From contig CAZFVS010000011.1 of NCBI GenBank assembly GCA_964522265.1, forward strand, positions 1 through 18,159: a DNA stretch of 18,159 nt. Reading direction: 5' to 3'. The notes under the pieces were generated by a model. That model saw nothing but the letters and a program-made list of their open reading frames with translations. It made no database searches and was not told the DNA's origin. Shown piece after piece: positions 1 to 7,051 of the stretch (position 1 is the stretch's first letter; each line of letters begins with the position of its first letter). This DNA is from an uncultured Gammaproteobacteria bacterium. GTDB taxonomy: Bacteria > Patescibacteriota > Microgenomatia > Daviesbacterales > UBA10151. The position numbers and the translations under genes are program-made.

Positions 1-1017
1 TTTTACTTTTGAAAGAAGATCCTGAATCAAGTTCAGGATGACATATGCTGATCCAAAAAAAGATAGGATTAAAAAAGGGTGAAGCGGAATAAGATGCCAG
101 ATATGCCCTTTATTGGAAAATAAAAAAGGGAGAGCGAATACTATAAAAAAAATAGAAAATATATAAAATCTTCTCTGTCTTAAAATCAATCCTAAGAAAA
201 TAGATACCACCCCTGGCCAAAACCATTTGCCAATCCCACTATGGAGATATTCTTTTAAAAGTTTAAAGTTTTCAAAATATGATGTTCTCACCTCTGCTCC
301 CGGAAAGCCTATCATAAAATACCTACTGAAAAAATCTGATTTATAAAAATATTGGCTGAAAAACCATCCAAGTATTAATGAGGAAATAAGTAACAGTGCA
401 TTTCTAAAATCTCTTAATTTTAGTTTGTTTTTCCAAAAAATAATGATGAGCGCAGGAACAATGGTTAAGGGCACCAGTGTTTTTGTCAGAAGTAATGCAA
501 CTAAGCTCAGGGAAAATGGCATTAAAAAATGCTTATTTTTACTGGCTTTCAAAGCAAATAAAACGGTTAAAATAAAAAGTGTTGTTAATATAGAATCCAG
601 GTTTCCTGATCTTGATCTATACAAGAACCAGGGAGACGAAGTTAATGCTAAAGCTGATAAAAAACCCACACTTTTGTTAAAAAGTTCCCGACCTAAAAAA
701 TAAAGACTAATAACCCCCAAAAAACCAATTATTGCAGGGGCAAACCTTACCCAAAACTCATTGATTCCAAAAAATTTAAAGGAAAGGGCAATCAGCCAAA
801 AACCAAAAGGCGGGTGGTCTGTATAAGAGTTTCCATTAAAAGTTAGGCGCAAAAAATCACCAGTTTTTAAGATATTCCTGGCAATCTCGGCATACCATGC
901 CTCATCCCACGACACCAGTGAAGACTGTCCCAGTTTATAGAAAAAAAGGGGGAGGGTAAGCGATAAAAGGGCAACGGCAATAATATCTAATTTAAATTTT
1001 TTCCAAAAATCAGTCAT
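1..1017 (-). CDS. GT-C fold membrane glycosyltransferase, ArnT/PMT-like (GT39/GT83-type). This is the N-terminal 339 codons; the C-terminus runs off the window.
   Basis: It is absent from the ORF track because there is no stop inside the window. I checked all 339 minus-strand codons from ATG (1017-1015) down to position 1 and found none. The translation starts MTDFWKKFKLDIIAVALLSLTLPLFFYKLGQSSLVSWDEAWYAEIARNILKTGDFLRLTFNGNSYTDHPPFGFWLIALSFKFFG. The WDEAWYAEIARNIL ... DHPPFGFW stretch lines up with the first-loop DExRYAEIxREM region of ArnT/PMT_2-type enzymes. The rest is polytopic and hydrophobic. The start overlaps the upstream stop by 8 nt (ATGACTGA). Confidence 0.8.
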   Translation of the reverse strand, partial: MTDFWKKFKLDIIAVALLSLTLPLFFYKLGQSSLVSWDEAWYAEIARNILKTGDFLRLTFNGNSYTDHPPFGFWLIALSFKFFGINEFWVRFAPAIIGFLGVISLYFLGRELFNKSVGFLSALALTSSPWFLYRSRSGNLDSILTTLFILTVLFALKASKNKHFLMPFSLSLVALLLTKTLVPLTIVPALIIIFWKNKLKLRDFRNALLLISSLILGWFFSQYFYKSDFFSRYFMIGFPGAEVRTSYFENFKLLKEYLHSGIGKWFWPGVVSIFLGLILRQRRFYIFSIFFIVFALPFLFSNKGHIWHLIPLHPFLILSFFGSAYVILNLIQDLLSKVK

Positions 1018-1753
1018 ACTTGCCCTGAAGATCGTTAAATTTAATCCGTAAAATATCTCTAACCGCCTCCAGGGAATCTTTGACAATTTGCACCTGTTCA
1101 GTCCCAACATGATGCCAATCTACAAAAACACCAGCTATTTTCAAATTTTTTTTCTTTGCAATAAACAAAGCCTCAACGTCAAAACCTGCATTCACAGCTG
1201 CACCGGAAGCCTTTGATCTCTTCCAATCCTTAAACATAGGTTTAAAAACTGTAATAATCGCCTTCCTGTTAAACCCTTTAAAGCCGCACTGGGTATCGGC
1301 AAAAGGCAGACCCAAAAAAATATTTCTGACCAAAGTAAACACCCATGCTGCTAATTTTCGTAAAACAGGCGCTCCTTTTCTGCCTGAACGGGATCCAATC
1401 ACAATATCATACCCGCTTTTAAATTTCGGTAACAATTTGTCAATTTCTGTAATCGGGGTCGCTTGATCCATATCAGTAAATAGTGCAATATCACCTTTGG
1501 ATTTCAACATGCCTGTCATCACTGTAATAGCCTTCCCCCCATGTAAATTCTTAATCAGTTTGAAGTTCTTTTTACTTTTTATCTCCTTTTCAACCACGCC
1601 AATCGTATTATTGGTTGACCCGTCATCTATTATAAGAACTTCATACGGGTATCTCTGTGTTTTCAGATAACTATCAATTTCACCAATCGTCTGTCTTTTT
1701 AAATTAGCTGCTTCATTATAGGAAGGTACAATTACAGATACTTTTGTTGTCAT
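1010..1753 (-). CDS. GT2 (GT-A fold) polyprenol/dolichol-phosphate hexosyltransferase-like (ALG5/DPM1/GtrB-like)
   Basis: 247-aa ORF with the motifs VIVPSYNEAANL, LIIDDGSTNNT and FTDMDQATPITEIDKLL. Their order is typical of lipid-phosphate sugar synthases of family GT2. It has an ATGA overlap with the upstream gene and an 8-nt overlap with the downstream gene. Confidence 0.8.
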   Translation of the reverse strand: MTTKVSVIVPSYNEAANLKRQTIGEIDSYLKTQRYPYEVLIIDDGSTNNTIGVVEKEIKSKKNFKLIKNLHGGKAITVMTGMLKSKGDIALFTDMDQATPITEIDKLLPKFKSGYDIVIGSRSGRKGAPVLRKLAAWVFTLVRNIFLGLPFADTQCGFKGFNRKAIITVFKPMFKDWKRSKASGAAVNAGFDVEALFIAKKKNLKIAGVFVDWHHVGTEQVQIVKDSLEAVRDILRIKFNDLQGKYD

Positions 1754-3270
1754 AGCTGGAAATGGCTTAATTTAAAAAGCCTAACTCCATTAGTACTTTT
1801 TTCCCAATCTATTTTACTCCAACCAAAAGCAGCTATCTCATACTTAGGATGACCAACGGGTTTGCATACTTTATCTTCACAAACTACAAATAACTGGTCT
1901 GTAATTTCAAAAGGTACTTTTTTGGGTTCATATCCATATAAATCTAAGTAATATTGGTATGCAGCATCATAGTTGTGCTCGGCAATTAGGGCAAAATTAA
2001 ACGGCTTGTTTCCGGATGCAGCAATAATACTTTTAGAAATTTCCTGTGTTCTTTTAAGCTGATTGTTTGGGGTACTAAATAATGGGCTTCGGGCAATACT
2101 TACTATCATTAGAATTAAAACCAAAATAATCATCCCCGCTTTTAAATATTTTTCTATACGCCATGCGGAGCGAATTGTTTGCGTTAAACCACCTAACAGC
2201 AAAAACGGTACAGGGTTTAAAAATCCCAAATAGTGATCATAAATTGTCTGTTTGTATAATGATAACCCTAAAATTCCCCCTACCATCCAAACCCCCAAAA
2301 CCAACATTGGCCAGCTTAAAGCTCTTTCTTTTACCCATTTGTAAAGAGTAATCAGTAAAGGTATTAAAACCAAGGCTGATATAAGTTGAACCAACCATCT
2401 ATTTTCTCCCGTGATATATCTTTCAATAAGATTATGCGTATAAATAGGATAAATCCTTCCTAAGGCATTCAAAATATTTAAGTTGACTGTTGTTTCCCTG
2501 TCACCAAAAAAGAACTTTGAAAAAGCATGAAAATTCATAAAACCATGCCGGAAATCAAATATAACCGGGGGGGACATGAGTATTGCAAACAGTATTCCGG
2601 CAAGAATTGTAAAGACAATGAATTTCTTCAAATCTTTTTTACTTATTTTGGTTTTGACTAACTCATAAATCCATAAAACTCCGGCAATGGGCAACAGTAT
2701 TAAGGATAAATAATGCATTTGGATAGCAAATGCAACTGCTAAACCTGAAAGAAGCAGCCACCTGAAATCTTTATATTTTCTTATGTGGTAAAAACCAATT
2801 ATTGCAAGCAGCGCAAAAAAGGGTGCCGGGTTAGGGTTCCATGAGGAATGTGAATAGATAATATTTACAGGCGATAAACTATATAGAACTGATGAAATTA
2901 CAGCTGCAGATTTTCCAAACCATTCACGCGCCAGATAATAAATTAATCCAACGGTAAGCGTCCCCACCAAAACCACCATACCTGCTGCTGCAACTGGGTT
3001 CAGCCAAAAAATAGCCATTGGTACGGACATCATGTAATAGTACAGTGGCCCGTTATACATATCTCCGATAGAGGTAGGCGGCCCAATAAGCGGGATGTGG
3101 TGCTCCACTAACATCTCTTTGATTATTAAAGCGTCTCTTCCTTCATCACCCAGAAAAAACATATATTGGTCAATCTTATAAAACCTTAATGCTCCGCTGA
3201 TCAAAATGATTATTAATAATACGCAGGTCTCTTTTTTGTTATTTCTGATCCATTGAATAATTTTTTTCAT
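1750..3270 (-). CDS. GT-C fold membrane glycosyltransferase, ArnT/PMT_2-like, with a C-terminal soluble domain of about 110 aa
   Basis: 506-aa ORF with many hydrophobic helices. The N-terminal loop FFLGDEGRDALIIKEM resembles the acidic loop-1 motif of ArnT/PMT-type GT-C enzymes. The non-hydrophobic tail runs from SPLFSTPNNQ to SHFQL. It lies 5 nt downstream of a GT2 gene. Confidence 0.7.
   Translation of the reverse strand: MKKIIQWIRNNKKETCVLLIIILISGALRFYKIDQYMFFLGDEGRDALIIKEMLVEHHIPLIGPPTSIGDMYNGPLYYYMMSVPMAIFWLNPVAAAGMVVLVGTLTVGLIYYLAREWFGKSAAVISSVLYSLSPVNIIYSHSSWNPNPAPFFALLAIIGFYHIRKYKDFRWLLLSGLAVAFAIQMHYLSLILLPIAGVLWIYELVKTKISKKDLKKFIVFTILAGILFAILMSPPVIFDFRHGFMNFHAFSKFFFGDRETTVNLNILNALGRIYPIYTHNLIERYITGENRWLVQLISALVLIPLLITLYKWVKERALSWPMLVLGVWMVGGILGLSLYKQTIYDHYLGFLNPVPFLLLGGLTQTIRSAWRIEKYLKAGMIILVLILMIVSIARSPLFSTPNNQLKRTQEISKSIIAASGNKPFNFALIAEHNYDAAYQYYLDLYGYEPKKVPFEITDQLFVVCEDKVCKPVGHPKYEIAAFGWSKIDWEKSTNGVRLFKLSHFQL
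2567..2573. repeat. G7 homopolymer (C7 on the coding strand) inside the 506-aa GT-C gene
   Basis: Counted directly: ataaccGGGGGGGacatg. The coding strand reads ATG TCC CCC CCG GTT, encoding MSPPV. Confidence 0.9.
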
Positions 3271-3275
3271 TTTTT

Positions 3276-3980
3276 TTATTTAAAATTTAATTCCAACCAA
3301 AATTTCATAAAATCCCTAAAACTTCTTAGGACAACATAAAGATTTGCACCCGTTGCTATGCCGAATTTCCTGGGATAATGGTGTACCCCGACTTCAGCAA
3401 ATCTATATCCTTTACGTTTTGCCTTTACCAACATTTCTATCTGTGTTACTTTTTCTTTCGCTATCAAAGGCTGGATGCTATCAAAAACCTCTCTTTTGAT
3501 CATCTTGAACCCGCATGAGTAATCTTTGACATGCAGGCCTAAAAAAATTTCAGCCAGGGTCTTCCAACCCCATGTAAAAACTTTTCTTAAAAACGGATCA
3601 GCCCGGGTTAACCTATACCCTAAAATTAAATCCGCCTGGTCAGCTTTTTCTAAAAATTTGGTAATTTCTGAAAAATCAAACTGCCCATCCGAATCCATAA
3701 ATGCCACCCATGGATATCTGGAAGAAACAAATCCGGTCTTTAAAGCATCACCATACCCTTTATTTACCCTATGATTAATCAACCTAATTCTTTTATCTGT
3801 TTGTTCCAGCTCTGCAACAGTAGCCGCTGTATTATCTTTTGAGCCATCGTTCACAACTATAATCTCATAATCTTTAAGTTCTAACCCATCCAAGACTTTT
3901 TTAACATCTAAAATAGTTTTTTTAATATTTTCTCCCTCATTATATGCCGGAAAAAATACGGAAAGACTTTTTACAATCAT
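3276..3980 (-). CDS. GT2 polyprenol-phosphate glycosyltransferase-like (DPM1/GtrB/ArnC-like), short soluble form
   Basis: 234-aa ORF with the motifs SVFFPAYNEGENI, IVVNDGSKDNT and AFMDSDGQFDFSEITKFL (DxD region). It is the first gene of the minus-strand GT2>GT-C>GT2>GT-C series. Confidence 0.8.
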   Translation of the reverse strand: MIVKSLSVFFPAYNEGENIKKTILDVKKVLDGLELKDYEIIVVNDGSKDNTAATVAELEQTDKRIRLINHRVNKGYGDALKTGFVSSRYPWVAFMDSDGQFDFSEITKFLEKADQADLILGYRLTRADPFLRKVFTWGWKTLAEIFLGLHVKDYSCGFKMIKREVFDSIQPLIAKEKVTQIEMLVKAKRKGYRFAEVGVHHYPRKFGIATGANLYVVLRSFRDFMKFWLELNFK

Positions 3981-4010
3981 TCTAATATGCTAACATCAAA
4001 ATGTAGCCCT

Positions 4011-4024
4011 GTCATCTTGATGAC
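4011..4024. promoter_or_regulatory. 14-bp perfect palindrome GTCATC-tt-GATGAC in the 53-bp divergent intergenic region; candidate operator or 5'-UTR hairpin
   Basis: Read directly. GTCATC (4011-4016) and GATGAC (4019-4024) are exact reverse complements. The site ends 9 nt before the ATG at 4034. Confidence 0.3.
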
Positions 4025-4033
4025 CCTTCGAAT

Positions 4034-5215
4034 ATGAACAAAGAAGTATTTAAGGTTTTTTTAATGATAGATTTAGCGGCAATTATTATTACATTACTCA
4101 TATGGTTGCCTCATTTACTTACAATCAAAAGCTTTTTCAACCTTGATTTTAGCAGCGGATTCAATACAATCTACAGGAATTTCGACGGATTGGAGTATGT
4201 CGTGATAACCAAAAGTTTTTACAACCCAAACTTGATTGCTAATTTACCCCAATCTCTTCCTGCCACTTATTATGCCTCCCATTTTCCTCTTTATTCAATT
4301 TTCATTTTACTGCTTGCACCATTTTTAGGTTTTCTGAAATCCATGTTGTTTGTCCCTTTTGTTTTTACTATATTTTCTGCTAAAGCATTTTATTTACTGA
4401 TCAGAGACTTTAAACTATCCAACCATCCGTTTTGGCTCACTCTCTTATTTTTAGTTTTGCCTGCGAGGTGGCTGATTGTCCATAGTGTCGGATCTTCAGA
4501 ACCTATGTTTATATTTTTCATAATCACCGCTCTTTATTGTTTTATGAAATTTGAGCAGTCCCGGAAATGGCTATGGATTTACCTTACCGGATTGTCAGGC
4601 CTTTTTGCCCAACTCACCAGACCACCGGGTATTTTGCTTTTTGTTGCATTAGGTATTTACATATTATGGTCCGTCATTGCGAGCCACGTTCATTCACTAA
4701 ATGCGACGTGGCAATCTAATATCAAAAAAGTGCTTTCATACCATCCCCTGCTGCTTATCCCATTAGGCCTTTTTGCAGTTTTTTACTGGTTTGGGATTTC
4801 ATATCATGATTTTTGGGCTTATTTTCACTCAGGCGACAATATCCACTTAACTTTTCCTCCATTTCAGGTTTTTGATAAACATCAATTTTGGGTAGGAGAT
4901 ATCTGGCTTGAGGATATCATCTATATTTTTATCCTGGGTTTTTTTGGAGGAATTTATTTACTCAAACAAAAATTGTACCCATTAGCATTTTTTGTACTCA
5001 TTTATATGGTCGCCTCAAGCATGGTCGTGCACCGTGATATCGCCAGATACACTTTGCCTATTTTTCCGTTTCTGCTGATCGCTTTTGAAAAAATTTTAAC
5101 CTCCAAGGAATTTAAAATTGTTTTCGTAATAATAGCTTTAGGTGTTTATCTATATACCCAAAATTTTATTATAGAAAATGTGGCCCCTGTGCCAAATTTA
5201 GGAGCATTTAACTGA
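4034..5215 (+). CDS. Polytopic membrane protein, probable third GT-C-type glycosyltransferase (PIG-V / mannosyltransferase-like or related)
   Basis: 393-aa ORF, strongly hydrophobic with at least 9 helices. The loop after helix 1, YRNFDGLEYVVITKSFY, has the acidic D-x-x-E-Y pattern seen in loop 1 of GT-C enzymes. It sits inside a glycosylation island. The family assignment is tentative. Confidence 0.5.
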   Translation: MNKEVFKVFLMIDLAAIIITLLIWLPHLLTIKSFFNLDFSSGFNTIYRNFDGLEYVVITKSFYNPNLIANLPQSLPATYYASHFPLYSIFILLLAPFLGFLKSMLFVPFVFTIFSAKAFYLLIRDFKLSNHPFWLTLLFLVLPARWLIVHSVGSSEPMFIFFIITALYCFMKFEQSRKWLWIYLTGLSGLFAQLTRPPGILLFVALGIYILWSVIASHVHSLNATWQSNIKKVLSYHPLLLIPLGLFAVFYWFGISYHDFWAYFHSGDNIHLTFPPFQVFDKHQFWVGDIWLEDIIYIFILGFFGGIYLLKQKLYPLAFFVLIYMVASSMVVHRDIARYTLPIFPFLLIAFEKILTSKEFKIVFVIIALGVYLYTQNFIIENVAPVPNLGAFN

Positions 5216-5217
5216 TT

Positions 5218-5838
5218 ATGATTAAAGATATCCTTAACGGACATTTCCGTTTTGCAGATAGCATCAACCCTTTTGTTAAAAGTTTTATAATTTCTGAAAG
5301 TTTTTTTTGGACATCATGGTCACTTTTTACGCCGATTTTTGCAATTTTTGTAACCAGCAAAATTTCAGGAGGTAATATCCAAGTTGCAGCATCAACATTC
5401 AGTATATATTTTGTGGCAAGAATAATATCCGAGATTTTAACAAGTAAAATCTCATCAAAACTGGGCATCCGTGAAAAAATTTCATTGGTTGTTTTAGGAA
5501 TCTCTTTGGTTAGTATTTCCTATATCGGGTTTGCTTTTACAACCACCGTATTTCCGCTTTATATCTTCTGGATCATTTGTGGCTGGGGTTTTGGCATAGC
5601 AACTCCTCCAAAACTTTCACTATTTTCAACACATTTAGACAAAAGCAAGGAAACAGTGGAATGGGGTGCAACAGATTCCATCAATCTTACCCTGATGGCA
5701 CTTTCTACACTACTGGGAGGTTTTATTGCCAACCAATACGGCTTTAAACCATTATTTCTTTTAGCAAGCATTATTAATATTTTTGCAATAATTCCGTTTA
5801 TTATCTACAAAATCTCAGCAACTCAGCAAAATAATTAA
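5218..5838 (+). CDS. Six-helix membrane protein resembling one half of an MFS transporter
   Basis: 206-aa ORF starting 2 nt after the upstream stop. I count six hydrophobic segments. The loop SKISSKLGIREKISL between helices 2 and 3 resembles MFS motif A (G-x-x-x-D-R/K-x-G-R-R/K). Confidence 0.45.
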   Translation: MIKDILNGHFRFADSINPFVKSFIISESFFWTSWSLFTPIFAIFVTSKISGGNIQVAASTFSIYFVARIISEILTSKISSKLGIREKISLVVLGISLVSISYIGFAFTTTVFPLYIFWIICGWGFGIATPPKLSLFSTHLDKSKETVEWGATDSINLTLMALSTLLGGFIANQYGFKPLFLLASIINIFAIIPFIIYKISATQQNN

Positions 5839-5845
5839 TTATATA

Positions 5846-7030
5846 CTAATTTTGCTCATGCTTCCAGGTTACAAAGTGGTTTATTGTAAAATTCCATATT
5901 AAGACTGGCGGTATGGTTGCAAAAAAGTAGAGGTTATAAAATGCGATTTTAATCCCCAAAAATAAAGCAAACCCGTCACCATAGACCATATGCAGAAATT
6001 TAACGATTAAAACGCTGATCGCCAGTCCTCCAAGACTTACTAAATTAAAAATCCCCAATTTTTGCCAGAAAGTGCTTTTTGTTTTTCTGTGTCTGAACGT
6101 CCAAATATTATTTAAACTAAAATTATTTAGAATCGCTACCTCTGTAGAAAATCCTTTGGCTGTTGCCGGTCTAAACCCCAAAAAAGAGATAAAAAAATTA
6201 TAGAAAATAAAATCTACCGCAGTCCCTATAAAACCAACCACCCCAAACTTAATAATTGTTTTTGCCCTTCTCGAATAATAAAAGAGTGGAAAATCAATCC
6301 CCCATTTGTGGAGTCTGGCATCAATAGCATAAGTTATTACGTCATAAGTATAATTAATAACTTTATTTTTAGAATAACCTTCATGCCTATTTCGAAAAAC
6401 CAAGGGTACCTCTTTATATTTTGCTCCAGCTAAAATTGCTTCATTTAAAAAAGCCGGTTGTATAATAAATGTCTGCTCCTTCCAGGGTAGTCTTTTCAGA
6501 TTAATCCTTTTAAAAAGGGCTGGCGTAAATGCTCTTGCTGAATTGGTAAATTCCTTGATACTAAAGGGGCCCATTATAAGTCTGCAGATAAGGGAGGCTC
6601 CTGCGCTAAAAAGTCTCCTTTGAAAAGATAATCTATTCTGACCACCTTCAACAAACCTGGAACCAAATACAAAATTATATCCTTCTTCCAGCGCACCAAT
6701 CAACCTTGGCAAAACATCTGCCTGTACCTGTCCGTCTGCATCAAGCTGAACCATAATATCCGGTTTTAAACTCTTCAGAGAATAGTTGTGACCTTCTATA
6801 AGGCCTACTCCCAATCCTCTTCCTACTTTAATAACATGAATCCTTGGGTCTTTTCTTGATAATCCTTCAGCCAGTTCTCCTGTCCCGTCAGGGGAATTAC
6901 TGTCAGCAATCAAAATCTCAATACTATAACCGGGCAGGTTTTCCTCTTGTTCCAAAACTTCGTCAACAAATTTCTTGAGGCTATTTTTCTCATTATATGT
7001 AGGCAAAACAACTACTATTTTTTTTGACAT
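5846..7030 (-). CDS. Fusion of a polyprenol-phosphate mannose-synthase-like GT2 domain (DPM1/Ppm1-like) with a C-terminal GtrA-like four-helix domain
   Basis: 394-aa ORF. The N-terminal motifs VVLPTYNEKNSL, LIADSNSPDGT, VQLDADGQ and FGSRFVEGG match the DPM1-type pattern. The C-terminal part (IIKFGVVGFIGTAVDFIFYNFFISF ... ILNNFSLNNIWTFRH ...) matches the GtrA-family pattern. Confidence 0.8.
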   Translation of the reverse strand: MSKKIVVVLPTYNEKNSLKKFVDEVLEQEENLPGYSIEILIADSNSPDGTGELAEGLSRKDPRIHVIKVGRGLGVGLIEGHNYSLKSLKPDIMVQLDADGQVQADVLPRLIGALEEGYNFVFGSRFVEGGQNRLSFQRRLFSAGASLICRLIMGPFSIKEFTNSARAFTPALFKRINLKRLPWKEQTFIIQPAFLNEAILAGAKYKEVPLVFRNRHEGYSKNKVINYTYDVITYAIDARLHKWGIDFPLFYYSRRAKTIIKFGVVGFIGTAVDFIFYNFFISFLGFRPATAKGFSTEVAILNNFSLNNIWTFRHRKTKSTFWQKLGIFNLVSLGGLAISVLIVKFLHMVYGDGFALFLGIKIAFYNLYFFATIPPVLIWNFTINHFVTWKHEQN

Positions 7031-7051
7031 GAGTTTTGATTGTATACGAAT

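Noticed and set aside
425-703. 92-aa plus-strand ORF from the track
   Set aside because: It lies entirely antisense to the open 339-codon ArnT/PMT-like frame (1-1017 minus), which has a strong family motif. The plus-strand product is low-complexity and K-rich with no recognisable features.
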